Part shown: one piece after another, positions 24,384-37,959 of the stretch
Layout: each line of letters starts with the position of its first letter
Numbering within the stretch: the stretch's first letter is position 1
From: the human T2T-CHM13v2.0 reference genome, Homo sapiens
Reading direction: 5' to 3' (one strand)
NCBI RefSeq assembly: GCF_009914755.1
Contig: NC_060935.1
Length of the DNA: 64,000 nt
Translations under genes and position numbers: made by a program
Notes under the pieces: generated by a model
The model's input: the letters and a program-made list of their open reading frames with translations, nothing else
What the model was told of the DNA's origin: nothing
Database searches by the model: none

Positions 24384-25639
24384 GGTTGCATATTATGAAA
24401 AAAGAATAAAATAATTAGAAGTTTAGATTTGTATAAGTTTTGCACTAGCATATGTATAGTATTTTACAGAAGAGGAATTGAAACCTGCTTTCCTGTGTCT
24501 ATTAAGTCTCTGAGTGTCCTATTTGAAAGTTTAATATTTCACTAAAATCTGCATTCAATATTACTCCCCCCAACAAAGAAATGTTCACACCATTCTGTCA
24601 GAACAAGGTCAACCCCAAATCCTCTTTTTTGTTGTTGTTTTTTCTTAAACAGAATGGATGGGATAAAAATCACTTTTGCAGTTTGTTTCTTTTCCACATG
24701 GCAAATTTTTCTCCAAAATGCTCAACTGTTATTTCAGGTACTTTCCAAATTGTCCAGTCTCTAGCAGTTAGGTCTGGGAAGTAAAATGAAACTCTTAAGA
24801 GTGATTCCTTGAGAATATGTATTACTCCCTTGTCCATTCAATTATAAGGGGAAATGGTGTGATCTTCAGGGTCAGGGAAGGTATGTACAAAAGTACATTT
24901 TGAAGACTGTGACAGGTATATTTAAAAGAACGGTCTCACTTTTATAGATGGTTTCTTTAGAGATACAACAACTTAGAATCATAGAGTCAGGAATTTTGAA
25001 GATAGCTCAAAAAACCAGATCATTGTGGAATTTACTTAGACTTTTTTAGATTTCTTGCTCAACTTTAGCAAGTGTCATTAGTGGAAATAATCAGTAAAAA
25101 TAGAATAGATGCTTCATGTAAGTGGTCCAAGCACATTCAGTTAAATAAGAGCACTAAGTACTTTATTTCAGTCACACCAGATTAGATTGCATTGCTTTTA
25201 CATTCTGAGACAAAACTAAACTTTGTTGAAACAACATCCTGTTAAAAAGTAGCTGCTGTCTTGGTTTTGCCCTCTCTGGGCAGCATTATTTTTACTGTAA
25301 TAGTTAAGCAGTAGTTATTTTATCCATTTCAGATATAAAGATGCTTATGCCTGGCATGGTTTTGAACACAGGATTTATGAGGGCAAAAAAGCAAACTGCG
25401 TCTACATAAATGAATCTGTGTGTTGGAATGAAATATTTATATATTTGTAGTTACACAGTGCACTTAACTAAAATTTACATCCAACAGTAACAAAAGCTAT
25501 AGAATGCTCATCTTCTTCTTCGTAATTCATACTGGTTTCTGCCTTCTCAAACCACAGCTCTGAATTTTATTTATAGAAATGGCTTCATATTTTTATTTTT
25601 AATTACTCAAAGTTTACTTTTGTTTAAGTTCCTGTCTGG

Positions 25640-25860
25640 CACAGTTAATAGCATGATCTTAAGTTCCTTGCTTGGCTTGGCCATTTATAATATTAGCCAT
25701 GTGATGTTTGGCTAGTTATTTAACATCTAAGTTTCTTCCTATATGCAAACTGGGAATCCTTGTAACACTTAGTTTATTGTGTGGTTGTGAGAATTAATGA
25801 GTTGGTACATGATCTTAGTTCACTGCAGCATTAAGTGTTAACTATTGCTATTATTACTAT
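25640..25860 (+). mobile_element. MIR SINE
   Basis: 'ttagccatgtgatgtttggctagttatttaacatct', 'ggttgtgagaattaatgag'. Confidence 0.7.
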
Positions 25861-26699
25861 CTGTAGAAAATTGATGAGATTATGTTGTAAGGATGGTTTC
25901 CCAAATGTCTATCATTTGTTATTTATGACTGTGAAAATGATCTGAGCAGCACAGGGGTGTCCTCTCTCATGGTCTTACACTATGGCCTTTGTTCCGTGAG
26001 CTACCTGTGGACCTCCATACTTATTTGAGCCTATCCTTGGGCAATTTAAAGATCTGCATAATATATTTATACAATTATGAATTATTTTTTGTTTATGAAA
26101 CTCTGTATTCTTTGGACAAGATACCCTCTTTTCAGAGAAGCTATGTTAGTCACATGGGACATTTTTATTTAACTCTCTGTCTACAAGAGAGCCCTCCATA
26201 CATAGCTAGGTGGTTAAGTTGCTATTTTAATGAAATAATAGGTTTGGACATCTGCTCTACAGTAGATACTCAGTTTAGGTAATTTGCTGACCCTGCATGC
26301 AATAGCCTTCTATCTTGGTGTTTGAGGCATACTTTCTATGCTTTCTAATGATTTGCTATGACAAAACAATGCCTCCCTACACTCACTGTACATTCTCTGA
26401 AAACTCTTCCCTTATTCCACTGAAATTCAAACTGCCCTGAATTACTTAATTCCTCTTAGATTAAAGCTGATTTATTCTTTCAAGGACTCCTAGTGTATGG
26501 GAGGGACATTTGGGATGTGGGGGAAGAGAGTTTATTTTAAAATTTTCAAGAACCCCTAATCTGCAGTCTCTCTTCCACTCCCTCTTCATCCCATTATTCT
26601 TGTCATTTCTGGAACAATCGTGAATGCTAGTTTGTGTTTGTGCATTAAAAAATATGGTAGTCAGGAACTGACCCTTCTGCCATACTAGCTGGATCCATT

Positions 26700-27744
26700 C
26701 CCTTCAATGTGGAAATGGGGCCATTGAGGGAAGAATGGCCAGTGGTTGAACTGAAGCTCCTCTGCAAGTGAATTTAGACTATCATGACAAGCTAAAAACA
26801 CATTTCCAAAAGCATATCTGAGAGGAAAGTTTACATTTATGGTACAGTGACTTGTTCTGGGCCAGATACCCACTGGATTCACTCAGGGCATACAATGTTC
26901 AGTTATCTTTGAGATGGAAATCTCTCAGAGATTGCAAAGCCTCTAGGCCAATGTACTGAGTCAGAATTGATGTAAGTACTGCTATAGGACCAAGAAGCAA
27001 AGATATCCTTTGTTTATTATTTCTAAGGTATTAAACAGCCTCAAGGTATATCCACAAATTTCTTTGAGATGAGGCTTTCTCTTCCTTGGACTGCTGCTGA
27101 GATTGCTGAGGGTCAACATCCTTCAGCTGCTTAGAAACTCAGTTGATTGAATGGTTCTTTGAGGAACTGGCTTGAATCTTTCTGAAGTCACATCTTTGGC
27201 TTCATCTTTTGTTTTCCTGAAAGTGTCCTGGATTTGATCTTTGCCCAGAAGCTATTTCTTAATTTTAGTATCATAAATTGTCTGGAGAGGCTGAGAATTT
27301 TCAAATCCAACAATTCTTGGCTCCTTTTCTAATCAGCCCTTCCTTTAGCTTTTCACTCTCTGCTTGCATTTTACTATAAACAGCAGAAGAAGCGAGGTAT
27401 CTCCTTCAACACTCTGCCTGGAAACCTCCTCAGCTACATCACCCAATTCATTAGGTATGTTTCCCATTTCTCATGTTTTCAAAGGGGACAGTGCTCCTAA
27501 ACTTCCTGACGTTATATAACAAGGATGCCCTTCCCCAAGTTCTAGTAATAGTTTCCTCACTCCGCTATAAGCTCTTGCCTTCAGCCTCCACAGAGTCTTC
27601 TTGTAGTAAACCCTTAAAGATGCTTCAGGATTTCATGATGCTTTCCTCACATTCTCTCCAGCTGTCATCTACTGTCCATTTTCAAAGCCATTTTCATAAT
27701 TTAGGCTTGTGTTATGGTAGCACATAATTCTTTGTACTGAAATC
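26700..27744 (-). mobile_element. MLT1 internal (MaLR-int) fragment
   Basis: 'cattttactataaacagcagaagaagc..ccttcaacactctgcctggaaacctcctcagcta', adjacent to the LTR via 'gtactgaaatc|tgtattagt'. Confidence 0.7.
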
Positions 27745-28273
27745 TGTATTAGTTATCTGTTGCTGCATAACAATTTACACTAAAACTTAATGGCTTGAGC
27801 AATAATAATCATTGTCTCATAGAGTTTCTGTGGGTCAAGATCCAGGGACAGCTTTGCTGTTTGGTGCTGGCTCAGAGTCTGCCATTAGGTTATAGTCAAG
27901 ATGCCAGTCTGGACTGCAGTTATTTGAAAGCTGAACATGGCCAAAGGATCTGCTTCCAAGCTGGCTCAATTAAATGACTTGTTGCTGGAGGCCCCAGTTC
28001 CTTCCTACACATACCGCTCCATACTGCTGCTTGAGTCTACTCATAACTTATCAGCTAACTTCCCCAAGACAGCATGATTCAAGTGAGAGTAAGGCAGAAG
28101 CCATTACGCTATTTGTGACCTAGCCTTGGTAGTCACATATCATTATTTCTGCAATAATCTAATGGTTACCCAAATCAGCCCTATTTATTATGGGAGGAGT
28201 CCCTCCCATAATAAAGGTGTGAATATTAGGGTACAAAGTTATTTGGGAGACATCTTGAAGGCTGGATACAACA
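27745..28273 (-). mobile_element. MLT1 (F/G/H-like) LTR
   Basis: 'tgtattagttatctgttgctgcataacaa..gggtcaagatccaggg..catcttgaaggctggatacaaca'. Confidence 0.85.
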
Positions 28274-28312
28274 GGAGGTAATCCAGAGATTAGCAAGTTT
28301 TGGAAGCCAAGC

Positions 28313-28506
28313 AGTGGTGTGCTAATAAACCAGCTCTCTGAAAAATAAAACAAAAATATCCTGATTGTGGTGTTTTTCATGATATAAATACTCTTACTGA
28401 GTTCAATTTTAAGCTACCAGTGGTTTAACAACAGGCTTGCAAAATTCCCAAATACTTCACAATTGATTCTCATGAGTTAGCAAGAGCCAACTCCAGCACA
28501 CCATTG
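28313..28506 (+). mobile_element. MER63-like hAT MITE
   Basis: Terminal inverted repeats CAGTGGTGTGCT ... AGCACACCATTG. Confidence 0.85.
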
Positions 28507-28789
28507 CCCCCAGGGCCAGAAAGGGAGGAGGTTATGTTCTTGGAGGCTAGGGATTAAGGCTCCTTGAGGAAAGCTGAAACTCCAGTAGGCTTGTCAAGTG
28601 CCAGTTGGAGACTTATGGAAGAACCTCAAGAGCTGCTTGAGAAGCTGGTGATATAGGGACCTCAAGAATGCAGGCAGCAGGAGTTAGCTCCTTGCAACTT
28701 AGAGCAGAAAAAGCAAAGAGGTGAAGAAGGACTGGCTCATTTTGATGGCAAAAAATGGAAGAGCTTGGAAAAATCTATAGGGACAGAAA

Positions 28790-28922
28790 GCACATTAGTA
28801 GTTGACTGAGGCTAAGAACAGAAATTAACTATAAATGGGCATGAGGCATCTTTTTGATATGATGGAAATGTTCTAAAACTGGGTTTTGAGAATGGTTACA
28901 CAACTCTGTAAATTTACTGAAG
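28790..28922 (+). mobile_element. L1MC/ME 3' UTR fragment
   Basis: 'gatggaaatgttctaaaactgg..ggttacacaactctgtaaatttact'. Confidence 0.75.
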
Positions 28923-29026
28923 CTTTTTTTTTTTTTTTTTAATGGAACAGCTAAGATTCTATCCCAATCTCTAATTCCACCAGACCATGTAACTACGGGG
29001 TATCAGAAAAAGAAGAGATTGCCCGT

Positions 29027-29521
29027 TGTACTGGGTTTGGTATTTTAGCCTTTAAGGAGGCCCCAGTGATCTCTACCTCTTGGTATTTACATTCTTGTTT
29101 AATATCTTCCCTTTGAGTGTGGGCTTGCTTCTAAACAAAAGACTATGACAAAGGTGAGGCGATGTTACTCCCTTGGTTATATTACATTACATAAGATTTC
29201 ATCTTACTAGCAAACTCATCTCTTTGTCTTCAAAGGCCCTTCCTGGCTTTGAAGAAGAAAGCTACCCTGAATCCTATAGTCAATACAAATGCATTGTGTC
29301 AACAATATGAATGAGCTTGGAAGTGGCTTCTTCCACAGTCAAGTCGCCAGATGGGAATGCAGCCCAGCTGACACCTTGATTGCAGGCTGTAAGATGTTGA
29401 GCAGAGGACTCAGTTAAGCTCTGCCTGAACTTCTGACCCACAGAAATATGACAGAATAAATGTGCACCTTTTTCAGATGCTGTTTGTGATAATTCTTCAT
29501 AACCACAATAGAAAAATAACA
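29027..29521 (+). mobile_element. MLT1E-like LTR
   Basis: 'ggccccagtgatctctacctcttggtatt..gagcttggaagtgg..cagcccagctgacaccttgattgcag..ttctgacccacagaaa'. Confidence 0.85.
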
Positions 29522-29524
29522 AAC

Positions 29525-30400
29525 CATTCTTTGAATATAGGTATATAAAAATAATGGTTTTGTTTGTGTTCAAAGTTTATGCTGTCATAATTTTGTGGAC
29601 ACATTTTTGCAGGTGAATGATAATGGTGTTTTATAGTTACATTTCATTTATTTCAATATTTTTATTTTCCAGGATAAATAACTCTATTGGTTTTCTTTGA
29701 TTTGCTTTCTATATACCAATCACTAATTCATCATCAAACCCTCTGCATAAGTGTAACTCTACTAGCAATATGGTCAAACACATGAGGCAAACTCTCAACT
29801 TAATTGTTGCTATTGAGAAGTTTAATTCCATTCTGATTCTGTCTCCTCATCCCCACCCCAGAAAGCTTTTCAGTTATCTTCATCTGCTGAATTCTGAACT
29901 TTTATAATGATGTGTCATGGTGGTAGTTCTCTTCTATTCATTGTGTTGGGCACCCAGTAGGAACTTTCAATGAGGAAACATATGTCAGTTCTGGAACATT
30001 TGTTTTTTATTCTCGCTTTCTCTCTCTTTTTTTGGGAGGGGTAATGTCCTCCTCTATGTTTTCTCCTCAAGTGGGAAGACCTTCACATCCTGTTTTTGCT
30101 CTAGATTTCTCTTTCTTGCCTTCTCAAAGACTTCATTCCTACAATTATATTCTGGGGCTGAGGAGTGCAAATTAAGTTACTTATCTGTTTTCCTCTTTAG
30201 GTTTCAGTATTTTAGGATCTGTTGAATCAGTTATCACTCATCCATCTGCCTTCCAGCTTCCAAAATGTTGCTGTATTCTCCTCTTCCTTTTTTTATTTTT
30301 GTGAGCTTAGCCCTTTTAAAAAGATCACTTTACTGTCATTTCAGTGTATTTTTGGGAAGAGGGGAATATAAACTCTTTGTTCATTCTAATATCTTTAACC
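29525..30400 (-). mobile_element. Old L1M fragments
   Basis: 'ttgctattgagaagtttaattccattctgatt', 'tcattgtgttgggcacccagtaggaactttcaat'. Confidence 0.6.
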
Positions 30401-30736
30401 AGAATCTGACCTCTACATTTTACTTTCCTGTTATCCTCTAATAATAGTCCTATGAGGTAAGCAGGGCAGATATCATTGTCCCTCTATTATTGATAAAATA
30501 CTCACGATTCAGAGAGCTTAAAGGACTTGTTTGGAGTTACTAAACAGGCTGAGAAATATTCAAGTCTCAGTAGCTATAGTTTGTTGTTCTTTCCATGTAT
30601 AGCACATTGCTTCCCAATTCTGGACAATAGACTCAAAGGTTAGTAAATTTGGAAGTGGTATTCTATTCCAGTATTTTCTAAAATGTACACCACAGAACAC
30701 TAGTCCCAGGAGAAGCTCTTTTAAAAATATTCCAAG

Positions 30737-30950
<214 letters not shown>

Positions 30951-31042
30951 TCAACCACATTAGAGAAGCATTGTACACTAATGAATTTCCTTAATTCTAT
31001 GATACCACTAATGTAGGAAATAATTATTAACAGTTAATAACA

Positions 31043-31357
<315 letters not shown>

Positions 31358-33309
31358 TTAATTCGGCATTTCTCATTCGACACCTATTAATATTACAAAT
31401 AATTCATTTATTCATTTAATAACTATTTGTTGAGCCTCTGTTTTTCACAGGGCACCATGCTGTGTACTAGATATTGGCAAAATGATAAATGATTCCAGCC
31501 CCTCAAGGAGTTTAAGTGAGGTAACTGAGTGTCTAACAAAAATCTTAACCTAAACCGATAAATTAGTTTACTGCGAGGAACTAAAATTCCAATTAAAACC
31601 AGAAGGAGGAGTATGAGTTACTAAACTTTACTGAGGTGTTGGGGAGTGGAGGTTGTGGGGTTGGACATGGGGAGAGAACAAAGAGCATTCCAGGAATAGA
31701 TAATGTTGTTTCATACTCCACATTGAGAAATGCTAAGAATTTCTCAACCATCTTTACAGACAAGAAAAATATAGGTGAGATAAGTTAGAATTTAAAAATG
31801 CCAATATTGAATGGAGTCTTAGACATCTAGTACAATACTATGTACAGTACATAAATTCCCACATCTTTAGATAGATGTCCTCTCCCTTTCAAACGATGTA
31901 AGTGGCAGTGAATCAAAACTTCTTACAGGTTGAGAGAGATCTGAGTAATTTCTCTGTTTTAGGTTCATAAAGTATTTTTTTAATGCCAAGCCAGAGTTAT
32001 CTTACATTTGTCATGTTTATGTTAATTTTTTGACATATACAGAGAAAACACTAGGAAGATAACACAACAATTAAACACAAAACCTCATACAGAAATAATG
32101 CCAAAAGTTTTGAACATGAGACCAAGACCAGATTATTTTCCTGAGCCCCACCTTTCCTGCCCCTCCCCACTTTAAGCTTTACAGGAAGCTCACTAGTTCT
32201 CATTCCATAGGTTGAACTGATAATATAGTATCCATACATTGGGCTACCTTTTGGAAACATGTGGAACAGTCTATCAGAAAACACTTTAAATATTTGTGGG
32301 TCCTCAAGGCTAAAAAGTCTTCTGGGACTTCAGCATTTCTCAGATGCCACAGTTTCAAGAACTTTCATTCTCCTGATTCGTCTGAAAATATTCTGAGAAA
32401 ACCTAAAGGTTTCCACTCATTTGGCTCTAGGAAGCACCTCTGTCAATATAGGGACATGATAACTTTCTACTTAATTAAATACAAAGTCTTAACTGAACCA
32501 TTTCAGGCCCCTTTGACTCACTTCATACTGATGGGGCATTTTCCCCCACTGTAGCTCTATGCTGTCAATACCTTTCGATAGTACATTCTTTCCCTGAGTG
32601 GAGCAGGTTTTTGCAGCAAAACAAAACAAAATTAATTTTGCATGTTACTCTGCAGTCTGGGTATTCAGATGTAACACATGTACCCTGCATCTATATTTCA
32701 CCTTATTTGATGTGCCAATAGGCCATACACATGCCAGTCACTGAAGGGAAGCCAAGGATGCTTGAGAGATAGATACTTTTGGCATTTCCAGGACTCCCCT
32801 TACTCTTCCTGACTAGTCTCCACTTGACCTCATGCCTTGTTTTAGACTTGATTCTTTTGTAATTTTCACTCAGCTCTGACTCTCAATATTCTTGTAAGTG
32901 CTTTGACTGGCTGTTATTTCTTTGGCTTGTTCTCTCCCCAGTGACCTCACATATGATATCTTTCTCTTCATTTTGGCCTCTTGGACCTTTGTCCCTGTAA
33001 TAGCCTTCTTGTATTTATACAAGCAGGGCCCATTTTTGCCATTTGTGAAAACAAAAACATAGAGCATGTGTACCTGGGGAAACTAATTTCTCATTAATTC
33101 TAGAGAGTTTTCCATGATACCTAAATTCCTGGGACATTTTTATTAATATCTGATACATGTAATTGTTACATAGTATAAATAAAGATCTCCAGATGTAAGA
33201 CCTTCATGAGGGCTTTTAGAAGAAAGTCCCAGTCCCCGTCTCTATGTCTGAGTTCCTTGAAAATATCAGAGCCCCAGTGAGTAAATATTTGGTAATAAAC
33301 CTTGTAAAA

Positions 33310-33700
33310 TATTGGATAATTGTTTGCAACTCTTCATTCCTTTTGCCATATGCCTCTCATTAGAGTGGACAGAGTATCCTTCCTGGCTCCACTGGATGTT
33401 GGGCTAAGTCATGTGAATTTCTTTGGTGAATGGAACATTAGCAGAGGTGTGGCAAGCAGAGGCTTTATGTGTGCTTGTCTGAATTGCTTGGTTTCTTGCA
33501 TTTTGGCCATCCGCTGTGAGAAGATGACCCCTGGTTCTATAATGAAAGACTTAAAGAAGGCTTGAATCTGACCCGACACTTTGAGGAAAAGCTACCCTGG
33601 CCAGCCTTCAGCCTCATTAGCAAGAAAACATTTCTTGTATGTCACTGAGATTTGGGGGTTGTTTACCATGCAGCTTATCCTAGCAGAAACCTAACTGATA
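33310..33700 (+). mobile_element. Old MLT1 (I/J-like) LTR
   Basis: 'gatgttgggctaagtcatgtgaatttctttgg', 'ctgagatttgggggttgtttaccatgcagc..aacctaactgata'. Confidence 0.7.
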
Positions 33701-33775
33701 AAATCCTCTTTTATACCACTTTGAGAATGACTGCCTTCAAAATATTGCCTTTATTCTTTCTCCTGGAAGGCTTTC

Positions 33776-34217
33776 TGTTACAGGTTAAATTGTGTTCCCA
33801 AAAAAGATAAGACATAGTCCTAACCTCTGGTACCTTGAATGTGATCTTATTTGGAAATAGGACCTTTATGGATGGAATCAGGTTAAAATGAGGTCATACT
33901 TGATTAGAATGGGCCCTAATTGTTTATGATTGGTGTCCTTATAAGAAGGAAAAACAGAAACATAGAAATATAGAACACTGTGGAAACAGAGGCTGACATC
34001 AGTGTAATACAATTGCCTTCCAAGGAAGGCCAGGGATTAATGGGCACTACCAGAAGCTAGGAAGACACAAAGAAGGACTCCACCTGGAGTCTTAAAGGGA
34101 AAATGGCCCTTCTGACACCTAACTTCAGACTTCTGGCTTCCAGAGCTGTCAGAGAATAAGTTTCTGCTGTTTTATACCACCTAGTTTGTGGTATGGCAAC
34201 CTTAGGAAACAAATACA
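33776..34217 (+). mobile_element. MLT1B/C LTR
   Basis: 'tgttacaggttaaattgtgttccc..gaatgtgatcttatttggaaatagg..cagacttctggcttccagagctg..ggaaacaaataca'. Confidence 0.88.
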
Positions 34218-34689
34218 TTTTTCCTAATGATCCTAAACCCAGAAGTTATTTCTCTGTTTACAAAATACTTTATACTGCACTTAGTTACTTTCATCTCTCC
34301 TACTAGGATTTGTACCCCTGAGGAGTCTCACCCCTTAGGCTTTGCAAAACTATAACTGCAAAGAACCACATCTGAAGCCACAGCATGTTGGTGGTACTTG
34401 ACTCTTAGTAGATGTCTTGTGGTTGTCTTGGAAAGAGTAGCAAATGTACAGTGAGAGAATATGTTTCTCATGCCTGGATTCTTCCCTTAATTGTCGTGTG
34501 ATCTCATAAAATTTACTCAACCTCTGAGAGCTTCATTATCCTTATCTATAAAATAATCATAAAATAACTACCTCACAGAGTTCCATGAAGATTAAGTGAG
34601 TTAATGGATCTGAAAATGTTTCATGAATCGCCAAATTGCAATAAAATGTTGAGTTGTTTTGTGATTATTAATATGAACTTTGTTACATT

Positions 34690-35560
34690 CTGTCATTTTC
34701 TCAGCACATATTTATGAGTGCTTACTAATGAGTGCTGAGCACTGTGCCAGGTGCAATTCATAGTATGCATGGAGCTTACTAATGAGGTAAATTCATTATA
34801 TGAGATTAAACAAGGTGTGGGATGCAGAATAATGGGGTAGAGGATCAACTTTAGAGAGATATGACAGCCTTCTCTGATGAGGTGATATTTGAGAACTGAA
34901 TGATGAAAATATGTCATACATGTGAAAATCCAGGAGAAAATTATTTCAGGCAGAGGAAAAAGCAAAGCCCAAATAGCTTGTTTTGAAAAAGAGCTTTGCC
35001 CAGTCTTAGAGACTGAGAGAAGGTAAAGGAGACAAGAACCAAGTGAAATGGGCTCAGATCACATCATTTGATGTTTGGGAGGCATATAGGGGACAGATCT
35101 TTCAGGACGCTGCAGGCCATGGTCAAGAGTTTAGATTTTTATTCTAAATGAAATAGGGGAACTATTATTGGAGGACTTTACTTAAAGGGGTAACATGGAA
35201 CTTAAATTTAAAAAAATACCTCTCCAACTTCTGTTATGGACTATATGGTGGTGGGAGTGAGAGGAAAAGCAGGAAGAGAATAGGAAGGAGGCTGTGGTAG
35301 TTATCTAGGTGAGAGGTGGATGATAGCATGGACTAGGATAATATCAATGATAATTTTAGTAACTTGGATTAGGGTAGATATTTTCAAAATATAACTGACA
35401 GGTCTTTGTGGATCCTTAAATGAGGGCTCTAGAGACAGTTAATGAAGACTTCCAGGTTACGTGCTTTTGTAACTGTGTATATACTGGCCTCTTTTACTGA
35501 TATGTAGAGATGGCTTTTGGAGAATATTTAAGAGTTAACAAGAATTTTTTTCTTCATGTT
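34690..35560 (-). mobile_element. L2 LINE 3' region
   Basis: 'atttatgagtgcttactaatg..cactgtgccagg', 'caggcagaggaaaaagcaaa', 'ggccatggtcaagagtttagattttt'. Confidence 0.8.
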
Positions 35561-35635
35561 TTCCTTCAGATGTCAACTTTGGGCCTTAACAAAAGGGACA
35601 GAAATTCTTGTCTAATGTACATGGAACTCAGGTGT

Positions 35636-36016
35636 TGATATGGTTTGGCTGTGTCTCCATCCAAAATCTCATCTTAATTGTAGTCCCTATAATCCTCATA
35701 ATTCCCACGTGTCAAGAGAGATACCAGGTGGAGGTAATTGAATAATGGGGCTGTATCCCCCATGGTGTTCTCCTGATAGTGAGTGAGTTCTCAAGAGATC
35801 TGATGGTTTTAAAAGAGGCTCTTCCCCCTTTGCTCGGCACTTCTTCCTGCTGCCTTGTGAATAAGGTGCCTTGCTTCCCCTCCACCTTCAGCCATGATTG
35901 TGAGTTTCCTGAGGCTCCCTTAGCCATGCTGAACCGTGAGTCAATTAAATCTCTTTCCTTTATAAATTACAGTCTCAGGAATTTCTTTATAGCAGTATGA
36001 AAAACAGTATAATACA
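35636..36016 (+). mobile_element. THE1/MST solo LTR
   Basis: TGATATGGTTTGGCTGTGT..TAATACA termini; TSD GGTGT/GGTAT. Confidence 0.93.
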
Positions 36017-36044
36017 GGTATCGACTGGCTGTTATGGTTAAGAA

Positions 36045-36640
36045 CAGGTGTTGGCAAATTGCCTTAGTTCAGGACACTATGCCCAAACTATACCCATACC
36101 ACAGATGGGTGGCTTATAAACAACATAAAGTTATTTCTCCTAGTTTTGGAGGTTGATAAGTCTAAGAGCAAGGCACTGGCAAATCATGTGTCTAGTGAAG
36201 CCACTCTTCCTGGTTTGCAAATGGCTGTCTTCTCACATCCTCACATGATGGAGAACAGAGAGAGGAAGCAAGATCTCATGCCTCTCCCTCTTCAGTAATG
36301 GCATTAATCCCATGATGAGGGTTAGCCTTTACGAGCTAATTACCTCCCCAAGGCCCCCACTTCCTAACACAATCACATTGGGAGTTAAGATTTCAACATA
36401 TTCATTTTGGGGTGATACAATTATTCAATCCGTAGCATAACCTTTTTCTTAAGGTTATGCCAGATAGTAAATATTTTAGGCCTTTTGGTGCAAGAAGCAA
36501 AATAGTAGATATTATGTAAGTACTTATATAATCATTTTAATGTAATCATTTTTAAAAGTGAAATACATTTTGTAGCTCACGGGGCCATAAATAGGCAGGG
36601 GACTATACTTGGTCTTTAGAAGGTAGTTTGCTGAACCCTG
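36045..36640. mobile_element. MER58B-like element interrupted by MLT1A
   Basis: 'caggtgttggcaaat' then, after the LTR, 'ccagatagtaaatattttaggc..gtagtttgctgaaccctg'. Confidence 0.8.
36060..36437 (-). mobile_element. MLT1A-like LTR
   Basis: 'tgccttagttcagg..gggtggcttataaacaac..attcaatccgtagca'. Confidence 0.88.
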
Positions 36641-36648
36641 GTCAAGAT

Positions 36649-36869
36649 CAGCAGATGGCAAACTACTGTCCATGGACCAAATCCAGCCAAGTGCTTGTCT
36701 TTGTAAATAAAATTTTATTGACGCACAATCAAACTCCATTGTTTACACATTGTCTATGGCTGCTTTCCTGCTATGATGTAGAGTTGAGTAGATGCAACAG
36801 AAACTATATGTCCCACAAGCCTACGTGATTTACTATCTGGCCTTTTGGAAGACAAGTTTGCCAACCCTG
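36649..36869. mobile_element. MER58A
   Basis: 'cagcagatggcaaactac..tttgtaaataaaattttattg..aagtttgccaaccctg'; 8-bp TSD GTCAAGAT/GTCTAGAT. Confidence 0.9.
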
Positions 36870-37959
36870 GTCTAGATAACAGTGCTGGAGCCCCCTTCTC
36901 CTGTCCTATGGAAAGGACCTTACTTTCTCTAAGTTTTCTGCAATCTTCCAGGGGCTTATATTCTCATGGTTCTCTCCAAATCCAAGTTCTTCTACTTACA
37001 AATGGATTATTTCACCACCTCACATGTGTTCTCCCTGTCATGTTACCTCAGAAGGAGAATTCTATCTTCACTGCTTGATGTCCATAGCCATTGCAGGACA
37101 AAACCTGAGTGATGAAACATTCTTCCAGAACTTTATGTAAGAGTTAGGCTTTGAGGATATGGAGGAGGATGATATATCATTAAAACAATAGCTTAAAGTT
37201 GATCATTGGACATTTCCCATTTTTCTTCTTTAAAAATTCCCTTGAACACATTGGCTAACTTAGACTCTAATCTCTCACCATGACGCTCTGCCGTCTTCAT
37301 TTTTCTCTTTTCTGTTTTCACTTATCTGCTTTCTCCCATCTCCAAATTTCGGTTCCTTCATCTTGCTGAATAGTTAAGCTACATTTTTGTTGCTTTCTGC
37401 TATTGTATGATAGGTTTCAACTGCTACTCTCTAAGAGATGTATCAAGATTTTTTTCTTAAACAAAAACTACTTCATCTTAAGAAGAATTCCATTTCTAAT
37501 TTTAGTAATTTCTTTTTATCTTAATACTAAGATATCATGGGTGGTGAACAGCCACCCTCTGCACAGGTACCTGCTCTACCATCTTGCCACAGTTATGACA
37601 TTTCTATATTTGGAGACACTGTTGGTTCCCTAACATGTGTCAGGCAGTGTGTTAGATATGTGAACTGCAGAACAATTATCTCATTTAACTCTTTCCCAAC
37701 TTTGTTATTTAAATTTTTGTATCCCCATTTTGTGGGCAAGAATATTGAGGTTTATATGCCCTTGTACTCAAAGTCACATCTCTGATCAACGGGATTTAAA
37801 TCCATCTTTCTGCTACTAATTTTCAAGCTGTTTTTATGGCACCACAGAGTTTTGATTCTGACCAAGCTGTTATAGAACACCAGATACAAACAGAGAAAAT
37901 ATATTATTTTCTGGAGAGCATGAAAATAACGAAGTATTAGTTGATATTTTTAGACACTT

